A stretch of DNA of 58,852 bases from positions 1-58,852 of the IMG/VR virus record IMGVR_UViG_3300020463_000023, one strand, 5' to 3'. Below the pieces are notes generated by a model that did no database searches, was not told the origin of the DNA, and saw only the letters and a list, made by a program, of their open reading frames with translations. Made by a program: the position numbers and the translations under genes. The stretch is from a virus. Taxonomy: Duplodnaviria; Caudoviricetes. Positions 18,071 to 27,176 of this stretch are shown piece by piece. Within the stretch, counting starts at the first letter, position 1; each line of letters starts with the position of its first letter.

Positions 18071-18631
18071 ATGTTAACACCATTTTTAAAGTATGTATCA
18101 GAGGCAAAGGTGATAAGGCGACATAGTGATTTGCAACGATTTTCATTCCCAGAGATATCAGAAAGAATCTATCTAAGTTTCCTAGCACTGGCGCTGATGA
18201 GCCAGAACAAGGACACACAATCTTTCGTTAAATCATATGCCAACCAGACCATGGCAAAGGGCACATTCGACCAGGTGAGAATGATCAACAATGACCTAGC
18301 AAACATGCTGGCCATAGTGGCTGGAGATCCTGAGATAACCAAGAAGCTCAAGAACAAGAATCAAGCACAGGCCATGAGGCAGAGACAACCAGTGCCTGTG
18401 ATGGCGCTAAGGAGGTACCTGAGAACATGGGAAAATCATTACCGCAATCTCACACAATTGGAGAGATCACTCAACATACAAGATGGCAATCTCAGGAACA
18501 TTAGAAGAGCTGTGGCCGATTACGACAATTTAAGTTTGAGACTGAAATTGCAGACACTTAACAGACTAAAACAGCAGTTGCAATCTAAACTGCCCAATAC
18601 TGACATACTAAGAAAATTCAAGGAACTGTAA
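18071..18631 (+). CDS. hypothetical late protein
   Basis: TATAAATA-N5-ATG. Confidence 0.75.
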   Translation: MLTPFLKYVSEAKVIRRHSDLQRFSFPEISERIYLSFLALALMSQNKDTQSFVKSYANQTMAKGTFDQVRMINNDLANMLAIVAGDPEITKKLKNKNQAQAMRQRQPVPVMALRRYLRTWENHYRNLTQLERSLNIQDGNLRNIRRAVADYDNLSLRLKLQTLNRLKQQLQSKLPNTDILRKFKEL

Positions 18632-18670
18632 TATGATAAAATTTATTAGCGAATATTCAGGAGTTTGTGA

Positions 18671-19246
18671 ATGATACTCAACCGGGCCGGTGAGAGCGAT
18701 TTATCAGAAGTCTTTGTCAAGGCAATACAAAAAAAATTTAACATAATCGCACTACTTGACATTAACTACATGGATCATGATTGGGATATCCTAAAAGACA
18801 TATTAGTTGCTACAAGAAAATCAGTGTACGAACCAAAAGACCGTTATGTTATTGTGCATACTGACACTGACTACTATCTGCCAGGTTGTCCTTATGGATT
18901 CAGTATTTTTAATTTAGTACGGACATTTTTACATAACAATATACCATTGTATACAATGCTATTGGTAACTGATCACAAGGGCATAAAGAAAGAATTTAAA
19001 ATACTGATACCTAAAGAAATGCACGAGCACAATTTTCCCACCATTGTTGATGATTGTCTTACTTCTATAGTGAACACTCGAATTGGAATGAATCAAGAAG
19101 AAACACATTTTAAAGAATCAGAAATTGTAAAACACGGAGTTTCAATGATGGGTGTTCCGCGTGTGCATCGTAACATGTTATACAACCAGTTACGTGAAAA
19201 AAATTTACTCGATGCTTATGCAGTTGCTTACAAAGGTGAGGATTAA
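18671..19246 (+). CDS. hypothetical protein, possibly N-terminal half of a split GT-like gene
   Basis: AT-rich; TAATG-coupled to the next ORF; ends with R.HR..L motif similar to the middle of full-length paralogs. Confidence 0.55.
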   Translation: MILNRAGESDLSEVFVKAIQKKFNIIALLDINYMDHDWDILKDILVATRKSVYEPKDRYVIVHTDTDYYLPGCPYGFSIFNLVRTFLHNNIPLYTMLLVTDHKGIKKEFKILIPKEMHEHNFPTIVDDCLTSIVNTRIGMNQEETHFKESEIVKHGVSMMGVPRVHRNMLYNQLREKNLLDAYAVAYKGED

Positions 19247-19779
19247 TGTTTCATAGAATTACAGTAACACCTTGGGCTAGGATCAACGAATCATGGAACT
19301 ACCATGCCCAATTTGATGCTAGGCCAAAAGAGTCGTATAGAGATCCACTAGTGGAAGGGCGATCTATGATACCTACATTTGATAAAAGTATATATTGCGA
19401 GTTTTACAAAAATTTTGCAATCGATGTAGTCACTGAAACTGTTTATAACTATCCATACACGAGGATTACAGAAAAAACTATTCGTCCGATTGTGCATAAA
19501 AGGATGTTCATACTTGTGGGGCCACCCGGGTTGCTATCATCATTACAAAACAAAGGATTCAAAACTTTTTCACCTTTTATCAACGAGGAATACGACACTA
19601 TATTAGATCCACATAAACGTATGGAATGTATCGTTGAGGAACTTACTCGAATTAGCAAGTTTTCAATCGACGAAATACGTCGAACTATGTTGCAATACAA
19701 AGATATTTTAACACATAACCATGATCATTATCATTGGTTATGCCATAACGAAATCGAACAGATTGTTAACAAACTATGA
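19246..19779 (+). CDS. glycosyltransferase-like C-terminal domain protein
   Basis: VVTET..ITEKT.RPI..FILVG..GFKTF..INEEYD. Confidence 0.55.
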   Translation: MFHRITVTPWARINESWNYHAQFDARPKESYRDPLVEGRSMIPTFDKSIYCEFYKNFAIDVVTETVYNYPYTRITEKTIRPIVHKRMFILVGPPGLLSSLQNKGFKTFSPFINEEYDTILDPHKRMECIVEELTRISKFSIDEIRRTMLQYKDILTHNHDHYHWLCHNEIEQIVNKL

Positions 19780-19803
19780 TTCAAAAAAAAAAAAGGAGTT
19801 GCA

Positions 19804-19935
19804 ATGAAAAAAGAAAAAAGTAAATGTCATAGATGTGCCTGCATGGCTCACTGCAATAAGAAATGTGCTAACTGTGAAAACTGCGATACCTGTGACTGTA
19901 ACAAGTGCTTACAAAGATTTGCAGTAGATGGCTAA
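19804..19935 (+). CDS. 43-aa Cys-rich metallothionein-like protein
   Basis: AAGGAG SD; MKKEKSKCHRCACMAHCNKKCANCENCDTCDCNKCLQRFAVDG (10 Cys, 2 His). Confidence 0.7.
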   Translation: MKKEKSKCHRCACMAHCNKKCANCENCDTCDCNKCLQRFAVDG

Positions 19936-20548
19936 TAAAAATAGTTTTTGGGTGCTTTACGGTCAGCACACAGAACCAACATACTTAGAAGACGCAGGCA
20001 ACGGACAGCAGGCCCAGAGAGACAATGGCCTTCGATATGTCAAGGGTTGGAGGAATGCCATAGACGTCGGAGCCAATGTGGGAGAATGGGCACGGCCTCT
20101 CGCCAAAAGATTTGACAAGGTCATCTGTTTCGAACCCAATCCCAACTTCAGACAATGTTTCAACATGAACATCAATGAGCCCAATGTGGTGTTGCATCCT
20201 TATGCGTTGAGTAATCATGAACACACAGCAACACAGGGAACCAATGCAACACATCTCAATGGCAAGATGGGAGATACACAACCACGTGATGGAGACATAG
20301 AATGTAAAACGTTGGACAGTTTCGGTTTGACAGATGTTGACTACGTAAAGATTGATGTGGATGGATTCGAGATACCTGTGCTGAAAGGTGCGGGACGGAC
20401 GTTACAGAGAAATTCGCCCGTGATAAACATTGAGATGAAAAAGACTAAAAGACCCAAGATAGTTGCGGAGGCCCAGTATATTCTTGCGAGATGGGGTTAT
20501 AAGTTTGTTTCACGAGTCAGAAGTGACGAGATCTGGCTGAAATCTTAA
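19928..20548 (+). CDS. FkbM-family SAM methyltransferase
   Basis: IDVGANVG, CFEP, YVKIDVDGFE..VL.GA. Confidence 0.85.
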   Translation: MANKNSFWVLYGQHTEPTYLEDAGNGQQAQRDNGLRYVKGWRNAIDVGANVGEWARPLAKRFDKVICFEPNPNFRQCFNMNINEPNVVLHPYALSNHEHTATQGTNATHLNGKMGDTQPRDGDIECKTLDSFGLTDVDYVKIDVDGFEIPVLKGAGRTLQRNSPVINIEMKKTKRPKIVAEAQYILARWGYKFVSRVRSDEIWLKS

Positions 20549-20576
20549 TATTACAGCATAATTTACCAAAATAACC

Positions 20577-20613
20577 TATAAATACTTACAACTTGATTCC
20601 TGAGCGGAATCAA
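20577..20613 (+). promoter_or_regulatory. T4-type late promoter and 5' hairpin
   Basis: TATAAATA followed by TTGATTCC-TGAGC-GGAATCAA. Confidence 0.7.
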
Positions 20614-20645
20614 AGTCATTTAATCAGAAAAAAGGAGGATTAAAA

Positions 20646-21050
20646 ATGGCAATTAGTGAAAACAACACTACATTCGTGGCGGGAAACGAAGAGTTTATGG
20701 GTAAGCAACTCGAGTTCATCACGATTGATGCAGGTGAGGAGTTAGCGAATCACTTGTTAAAAAACGAAACATTAAACACGATCGAAAACACAGTCAGAGT
20801 ATACGGTAACATCGTAGGCGCTGGCCCATTATTCGATACGAATGCTTCAAAAACATATATCGTAGAAGGTACAGACATGTTCGTTGGTGCACCAGCATCA
20901 GCAGGCGGAGCCTTTACTTTTACTGAATCAGGTGCAGACGGTTCGTCAGTAGGAACACTACTTGCGGCACTTAAAGCATTAGGTACTGTAGACGGTATTG
21001 ACTTAAACGATTCAGGCACAACTGCCAAAATCGAAAACTTAGAAATATAA
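20646..21050 (+). CDS. probable virion protein, triad B member 1
   Basis: AGGAGG SD, late promoter, Ala/Gly/Thr-rich. Confidence 0.7.
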   Translation: MAISENNTTFVAGNEEFMGKQLEFITIDAGEELANHLLKNETLNTIENTVRVYGNIVGAGPLFDTNASKTYIVEGTDMFVGAPASAGGAFTFTESGADGSSVGTLLAALKALGTVDGIDLNDSGTTAKIENLEI

Positions 21051-21070
21051 CAGGATAGGAGAATAAAATT

Positions 21071-21475
21071 ATGCCAATTTCAAGAAATAACTTTACATCT
21101 TTGCCTGTTGCGGCAGAGCAAGAAGGAGTTGATGTATCATTCTTTACAGTAGACTTCATCAATGCAATGAACTCAGAGACAGGTGATCCACAAGCGGATT
21201 CAACTGCGGCGGGTTTAGCACTAGTAGAACAGGCCATCGCGAACCAAGGAATCAACATCTTGGCTACTGGTCCGTTAGGAAACTCAAACACAGAACTTAC
21301 TTACATGGTGAGAGCTGACAGTTTGGATGTTGCTAACCACATCACAGCGAACGGTCTTAGAGATGCAATCAGAGCGGTTGACACGGCGGGAAGAGCGGCA
21401 AGTGCCACTCCAAGAAACACTGCCAACTTCTCAGCGGCGACAGTAACGGCTAAAGATTTAGCAATCGCTGTTTAA
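21071..21475 (+). CDS. probable virion protein, triad B member 2
   Basis: MPISRNNFT, VDF.NAMN.ETGD, INILA.GPL shared with member 3. Confidence 0.72.
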   Translation: MPISRNNFTSLPVAAEQEGVDVSFFTVDFINAMNSETGDPQADSTAAGLALVEQAIANQGINILATGPLGNSNTELTYMVRADSLDVANHITANGLRDAIRAVDTAGRAASATPRNTANFSAATVTAKDLAIAV

Positions 21476-21500
21476 TAGTATAGCATAGGAGGAAAAGCAA

Positions 21501-21884
21501 ATGCCAATAACTAAGAACAACTTCACTCATGTGACAAACACAGAACTAGAAGGTGTAGAAACATCTACTTTTATTGTGGACTTCGTCAATGCGATGAACG
21601 CCGAGACAGGCGACTTATCATCTGGATCTGCAACAGCAGGTTTAGAGGCGACAAGAGCAGTGATCTCACAGTTCATCAACATCCTTGCAGAAGGACCGTT
21701 GCATGAAAGTAACAAACAAAAAACTTACGTTGTAAGAACAGACAGCCTAGGCACTTTAATCTCAGGTGGTACATTACAGACTGCCATCAGAGCATTGAAC
21801 GGTGCAGGAAATGTAACAGCCACTATTTCAAGTGCGACAGTTACAGCGACTGACCTTGCTATCGATACTGCTAACGCAGTGTAG
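21501..21884 (+). CDS. probable virion protein, triad B member 3
   Basis: MPITKNNFT, AIRA, ATVTA.DLAI. Confidence 0.72.
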   Translation: MPITKNNFTHVTNTELEGVETSTFIVDFVNAMNAETGDLSSGSATAGLEATRAVISQFINILAEGPLHESNKQKTYVVRTDSLGTLISGGTLQTAIRALNGAGNVTATISSATVTATDLAIDTANAV

Positions 21885-21907
21885 TAACTGACAGTAAGTA
21901 AATTACC

Positions 21908-21944
21908 AAAGGGCGGATCTATATTTTAGGTTCGCCCTTTTTTT
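21908..21944 (+). terminator. intrinsic terminator
   Basis: AAAGGGCGGATCTA-tatt-TTAGGTTCGCCCTTT then a T run. Confidence 0.85.
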
Positions 21945-21960
21945 ATGAGTAAATAATCGC

Positions 21961-22644
21961 ATGCCCACACATCTAGACGAAGCAATAAAAGTTATACTCA
22001 GTGCTGACTCCAAGTTGCGAGACAAGACGCCTCGTATCTATGCAATGCCCAAACAAGAACACATGCCAAAGCAGTTCACAAATCTTAAACGTATGAGATT
22101 TTTGAACCATGATGTCAGTGCAGGCAGGAACATTAAGAGATGGTTGTGGAGGGATTACAACCCAGAGATAATATTACAGGAACCACCATTTGACAAGCAC
22201 GAAGACCAGAGTGAGATTTTTACTTTTATCAGGAAGCCAGATGAACGTTGGTGGTCCGGTATCAAGGACATGTTCTATTTCATGCCATGGTACACTTGGT
22301 GGACCAATGAACAGATAATGCAACAGTGGCCACACTTCACGAGAAGCACTCTAAGGTTACATGATGTGATGGAAGAAGTCAAACCTCAACACCTGATCAA
22401 GTGTGATGACGGCCTAAATGACAGGGTGATCAAATTCGCAAAGGAACATGGACTACTTTGTTATGGGAACATTCCACACGAGAAGGCACTAAGGCACACC
22501 AAACCCGACATCAAGAAGTTAGAGGACAACGGAGTGCGAGAACTTAAGGCATGGATCAGGCAAAATCCTGACAGGCAAAAACAGTTGGATGAGTACCTCG
22601 AGCCTGACTGGCAGTATTGGGAACAGGTCGAGTACCAAGACTGA
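21961..22644 (+). CDS. sulfotransferase-family-2-like protein
   Basis: FTFIRKPDERWWSG resembles the 3'-PB motif, C-terminal Y..D; 5'-PSB loop not evident. Confidence 0.45.
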   Translation: MPTHLDEAIKVILSADSKLRDKTPRIYAMPKQEHMPKQFTNLKRMRFLNHDVSAGRNIKRWLWRDYNPEIILQEPPFDKHEDQSEIFTFIRKPDERWWSGIKDMFYFMPWYTWWTNEQIMQQWPHFTRSTLRLHDVMEEVKPQHLIKCDDGLNDRVIKFAKEHGLLCYGNIPHEKALRHTKPDIKKLEDNGVRELKAWIRQNPDRQKQLDEYLEPDWQYWEQVEYQD

Positions 22645-23159
22645 TGCACGAATACAGATTACACACCCTAGTGGACATCACGGACAACGGCAATCTAAAA
22701 CAGCAGTTCCCATTCAAGACCCTGGCAGGCAATGAAGTCACCGACAAACACACCTTGGCCATCGCTAGGAATCAAAACAGTAATTTTTCAACGATGTTGC
22801 AACTGCTACAGATGAGGGGTAACATCACGTGGGAACAGCCACCGCAGAGGATAGAACTGCCTAGCCTGGGCAACCATGTGTTCGGATCGTACTACGAAGG
22901 GCAACACTCAACATGGCACTTCCAGTTCTTCACAGAGCAGTCGGGGGTGTATGGTGACGTGATGGATCCCACAGAAAACCTAGTAGAGGACTTCAGCCTG
23001 GTGCCCGTAATTGCGGAATGCACGAACACAGCACATCTGCCAGTACACACTTTCGTAACAAAGGAAATGCAGGGCACTGACAGACAGAAGATAATAGGTG
23101 CACTGGCCGGTGGGATCATAAACACGTACTTTTCATACGCCGGTCCTATCGATAAATAA
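22644..23159 (+). CDS. hypothetical late protein
   Basis: TGATG overlap start MHEYRLHTLVDIT. Confidence 0.7.
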   Translation: MHEYRLHTLVDITDNGNLKQQFPFKTLAGNEVTDKHTLAIARNQNSNFSTMLQLLQMRGNITWEQPPQRIELPSLGNHVFGSYYEGQHSTWHFQFFTEQSGVYGDVMDPTENLVEDFSLVPVIAECTNTAHLPVHTFVTKEMQGTDRQKIIGALAGGIINTYFSYAGPIDK

Positions 23160-23276
23160 TAGTACATTAAGGCACAAACTTTCTAATATTAAAGGCACAC
23201 ACAGGCGATGCGACAGGCTCATTTACAGGCTCTACTAACGGAGGTGAGAATCCTCAAAAGAGATTTACAAAGATAT

Positions 23277-23513
23277 ATGAGTACAACAGAATTAGAAAAA
23301 CAGAACCTAGAAGCACACGTGGACCTTTGCTCAGAAAGATACAAAGGATTACACGACAGGTTGAGTGCAATCGAACTTCGTCTAGGCAAAATGAACGAAG
23401 AGATGACACAAGGACATAAAAGCAGTCAGAAGACAATCATAGCAACAGCAGGCACAGTGGTCGCAGGCTTACTATCAACAGTGGTAGTGATCCTGATGAA
23501 GATGCCAGGTTAA
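23277..23513 (+). CDS. coiled-coil protein with C-terminal TM helix (XhlA/holin-like architecture)
   Basis: LEAHVDLC.ERY..L..RL then TIIATAGTVVAGLLSTVVVIL; start 23277 or 23208. Confidence 0.65.
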   Translation: MSTTELEKQNLEAHVDLCSERYKGLHDRLSAIELRLGKMNEEMTQGHKSSQKTIIATAGTVVAGLLSTVVVILMKMPG

Positions 23514-23525
23514 AACTACCAATAC

Positions 23526-23759
23526 ATGTTCATACAGATAGCACCTAAGGCACGAGTCTATGTCACAGACACAGATGTTGAATTCATAAAAGCACACGCA
23601 CTGGAATCATTCAGGAGTGATCGACTGTCTCCTGAGGATGCAGACAGAGCCAAAAAGTTGGCAGACAAAGCCGTGTTCGTTCGTAAGAAACTTGACACCC
23701 ATATGCAATATGCTTTAAATAGAAAGATAAAGTTCGTTGCTAATGACAGGAAAAAATAA
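23526..23759 (+). CDS. hypothetical protein
   Basis: ORF in late run. Confidence 0.65.
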   Translation: MFIQIAPKARVYVTDTDVEFIKAHALESFRSDRLSPEDADRAKKLADKAVFVRKKLDTHMQYALNRKIKFVANDRKK

Positions 23760-24246
23760 ATCAGAACTGGTAAAACAGATAGAGGCCTACGGGCTGAAGA
23801 GCAAACTTGCGGATCTGGCGCACAAGGAACAGGCACGCAGGCCATTCCGTCACCTGCCAAAGCAGTTCTCGAAAGGCATCCTGATAGGCAACATAGCCAT
23901 TGTACCCAAGAAACACACCGGCACCAGATACGTCTATGTCATAGCGGACATGCTGGAGGCACAGGTACTGCATGACGACATTAACTTGAAACAGACTGCT
24001 ATACTGGTCGCACACTACCTTGCGGATGGTAAGAATATTCCCGCCGACATTCTGGACTTGGACATGAAACACGCATCACAACTGTTCGACATTCAGAGTG
24101 CCAAACGTATGATACGTGAAGCACACAAAGGCAAGGACGAACTTATGGAAGACGTCTATTGGGACAGGCTGGATGTCGCTAACCGTCTAGCGGACCAACA
24201 CAAAAGCAAGATACAACAGATCTTTAATGACACGTTCGGAGCATAG
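23743..24246 (+). CDS. hypothetical protein
   Basis: ORF in late run. Confidence 0.7.
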   Translation: MTGKNKSELVKQIEAYGLKSKLADLAHKEQARRPFRHLPKQFSKGILIGNIAIVPKKHTGTRYVYVIADMLEAQVLHDDINLKQTAILVAHYLADGKNIPADILDLDMKHASQLFDIQSAKRMIREAHKGKDELMEDVYWDRLDVANRLADQHKSKIQQIFNDTFGA

Positions 24247-24264
24247 ATAATAAATAAACACAGT

Positions 24265-25128
24265 ATGAAGAGCTTAGACCTTACAAAACCCATTACTACT
24301 GAATCTCTATTGAAAGAATTTGAATCAAGGTTCAACATGACCATGGATCTATCGCAGTTCACTGAAGAAGAACTGCAGGACTACGCAAATCACGTGAGAA
24401 CAAAGATACACGAAATCACACAGAACACACACTTCGGACAAGAATTAAAAGACGACAGTTATCAAAAGAGCCAGATGATGTTGGACATAATCAACCAAGC
24501 AATCTCAGAAAGGAAACTTGCTGAGTATGGTGGTGGGATGGCAAATGATCCTGAAACTAGAGGCGGTGCAACAGCCATTTCAGCAAAAACAAAATTAGAT
24601 AAAGGTCAATCTCTTAGCCAGGATGAGAAAAAGGTTGTTAGCAAACTAATACAAAAAGAAGGTGTTGAAGAACAATCAGAATTAATTTTAGCCGCAAAAG
24701 ACATGATGGACAAAGTCACATCATTCTTGGAAGATCTAGCATCAATGAAGACAGAAGGCATGTTAGAACTGGCAGACAGAATCAGAGACGAGATGGGTGC
24801 TGAGAAATCAGACGCATTCCTACAAAAAATCCAACCAGCGATTGAACAGGCGGAAGCCACTTTAACGACAACTAGACAAGAGCTAGACAACGGTGTAAGA
24901 ATATTGACCGGAGAAGAAGTAGCATCAGACCCAATGGGCGCCGATGACACGATGGACATGGACACAGATCTAGACTCACTGGACTCAGAAGGTGGAGAAG
25001 AGACAGATGAGTTTGGAGCCTCTGATGCCGAAGCAGGTGGCACAGAACCAGAAGGCAGAGAACAAAGAGAATCCAAAGAAGTGTTTGAAGCATCAAACAG
25101 ATTGTTCAGTAAACTAGCAGGGAAGTAG
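24265..25128 (+). CDS. acidic helical late protein, possible prohead core/scaffold
   Basis: TAAATA upstream; helical, D/E-rich low-complexity C-terminus. Confidence 0.55.
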   Translation: MKSLDLTKPITTESLLKEFESRFNMTMDLSQFTEEELQDYANHVRTKIHEITQNTHFGQELKDDSYQKSQMMLDIINQAISERKLAEYGGGMANDPETRGGATAISAKTKLDKGQSLSQDEKKVVSKLIQKEGVEEQSELILAAKDMMDKVTSFLEDLASMKTEGMLELADRIRDEMGAEKSDAFLQKIQPAIEQAEATLTTTRQELDNGVRILTGEEVASDPMGADDTMDMDTDLDSLDSEGGEETDEFGASDAEAGGTEPEGREQRESKEVFEASNRLFSKLAGK

Positions 25129-25132
25129 TCCT

Positions 25133-25489
25133 GTGAGATTTTTCGAATTCAACAAAAGCGACACAGACCTAGAGTCAGCACTCATCAACATCCTGTTGAA
25201 CATGAAGGGCGACGCTGACGAGAAGGAACAAGCATCAGACATCAGCATGGACGCAGTCAAACAGATCATGAGCAACACAGGTTATCCAGCATTCAACTAC
25301 GACGTGTTCAAGAGAATCTATGACCAGGACGGTGACCTAAAGAATGTTGTGGCAGACTTTGACAATGAAAAGATTGTTGTTAAGACAGACCAAGAAGCAG
25401 AAAAAGATCCTAGCATGGACTATGACGATCAGGGTAGCACGGACACAGTCAAACGGATGGCCAAGTCCGCGATGAAACGTAGACAATAA
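25133..25489 (+). CDS. hypothetical late protein
   Basis: MRFFEF N-terminus, ends MAKSAMKRR. Confidence 0.7.
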   Translation: MRFFEFNKSDTDLESALINILLNMKGDADEKEQASDISMDAVKQIMSNTGYPAFNYDVFKRIYDQDGDLKNVVADFDNEKIVVKTDQEAEKDPSMDYDDQGSTDTVKRMAKSAMKRRQ

Positions 25490-25503
25490 AACTAATTACT
25501 AAA

Positions 25504-27162
25504 ATGCACTATGATAGCAAGATTTACCAGTTGAACTCTTTGCGACTGGGCCTGATACACGAGGACAACATCCAAAACAAACCTAGTATTTTTGTTGCAG
25601 TTGGATCTCAGGCCGTAGAAACCAAGAGCAGAATCAAAAAATACATAGACCTCGACCAGGCAGGCACACACAACATCATCATCATTCCCCACGACTTCGA
25701 TGGAACCGAGCCGGGAGACAACCACGAAATTTACACCTACTATGAAACACAATTGGGTGTTGAATTCTATCTCACTGAAAAAATCCCCCTCGACCATGTT
25801 TTCTTCAAGGACTTCGGCAAGCCCATGGAGAACTTCACCGAATACCATTTTGACGAAAGTGCAAGATTCAAAAAGCGGAAATGTGAATCAGGATTTGGCA
25901 AGAGCAAGGTCTTCTGCGACAAGCCCTTCGATCACAACTACGTCCACCCGGACGGCAGAATAAGATTGTGTTGCACTACCAAACAAAACCTACCTACCAA
26001 CAACGGGTACAATCTGTTCAACGCTGGCACACACAGCGTCGACGACTATTGGAACAGTGCTAGGATGAAAGAAGTACGCAGGAAGATGATTGCGGGCGAG
26101 AAGATAAAGGACTGCGAACGATGTTATCAGCAAGAGCAACAGGGTGTAAAAAGTATGAGAAGCACACAGTTCATGGAAGATTACATCAGGGACACCCTGC
26201 CCGATGGCACGTATCTCAAATCAGCAAACACAATGCAAATGCAACTGGGGAACATCTGTAATCTCAAGTGCAAGATGTGTAGTCAGGAGTACAGCCACAT
26301 GCACGGACTGGAGACGCTAGCCATAGGTGAACAGGATCCAGAATGGTTCCATTGGGTCAAGGAGCAAGGAGCAAACGTCAACAACTGGACCAACGATCTA
26401 GGACGCAAGGAGGAATGGTACAAAAATCCTGACACAAAACAAAAGATGTTTGATCACATCAGTAAAAACATTGAACAACTTGTGGTGATCGGAGGTGAGC
26501 CCACCCTTATCCCGGAGTTCTATGAACTGTTCGAACACTGTGATCAGCAAGGGACAATAGGAGACAAGGGTGTAACCATAGTAACAAATTTAACAAACAC
26601 AAACGAAAGACTCACAAAGTGGTTGCCAAAGTTAAAAAACTGGACTATATGGGCCAGTGTGGATGGGGTAGGTGACAGGACAGAGTACATACGGTACCCA
26701 AGTAAGTGGCAAAAGATTCTCGAGAGCCTTAAGTTCTATAGACAGAACCTAGGCACCAATGGTAACATAACTTTAAGCCCTGCGGTTCAGTTGCTGAACA
26801 TAGACCAATTGGACGACATCATAAAATGGTGGAAGGACTGGTGCGGGGGTGAACTGAATGACCAGTTTGGATGGACATGGTTGGCCACTGTTTGGTATCC
26901 TTTGATATGCAATCCAAGTATAGCACCGCGTGAATGGAGACTGAAAGTGGCAGACAAACTTTCCAATTACCAGTTTGACAATTTCTATGAAAACATAGTA
27001 GAGTCTCTCCGCGAAGACAAACACACCGAGGAGCAGTACAGAGAGCTACAAAAATCATTCATCAAGTACAATGATCGACAGGACCAGTTCCGGCATGTCT
27101 CACACACTTGGCGACAACTGTTGCCCGATCTGGATCAGTCTTTGACAAAATCATTAGGATAA
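25504..27162 (+). CDS. radical SAM protein with N-terminal twitch/SPASM-like domain
   Basis: C..PF..H.DG.IRLCC, C.RC, CNLKCKMC (CxxxCxxC), GGEP, TN, SVDG. Confidence 0.88.
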   Translation: MHYDSKIYQLNSLRLGLIHEDNIQNKPSIFVAVGSQAVETKSRIKKYIDLDQAGTHNIIIIPHDFDGTEPGDNHEIYTYYETQLGVEFYLTEKIPLDHVFFKDFGKPMENFTEYHFDESARFKKRKCESGFGKSKVFCDKPFDHNYVHPDGRIRLCCTTKQNLPTNNGYNLFNAGTHSVDDYWNSARMKEVRRKMIAGEKIKDCERCYQQEQQGVKSMRSTQFMEDYIRDTLPDGTYLKSANTMQMQLGNICNLKCKMCSQEYSHMHGLETLAIGEQDPEWFHWVKEQGANVNNWTNDLGRKEEWYKNPDTKQKMFDHISKNIEQLVVIGGEPTLIPEFYELFEHCDQQGTIGDKGVTIVTNLTNTNERLTKWLPKLKNWTIWASVDGVGDRTEYIRYPSKWQKILESLKFYRQNLGTNGNITLSPAVQLLNIDQLDDIIKWWKDWCGGELNDQFGWTWLATVWYPLICNPSIAPREWRLKVADKLSNYQFDNFYENIVESLREDKHTEEQYRELQKSFIKYNDRQDQFRHVSHTWRQLLPDLDQSLTKSLG

Positions 27163-27176
27163 TATATAATATGAGT

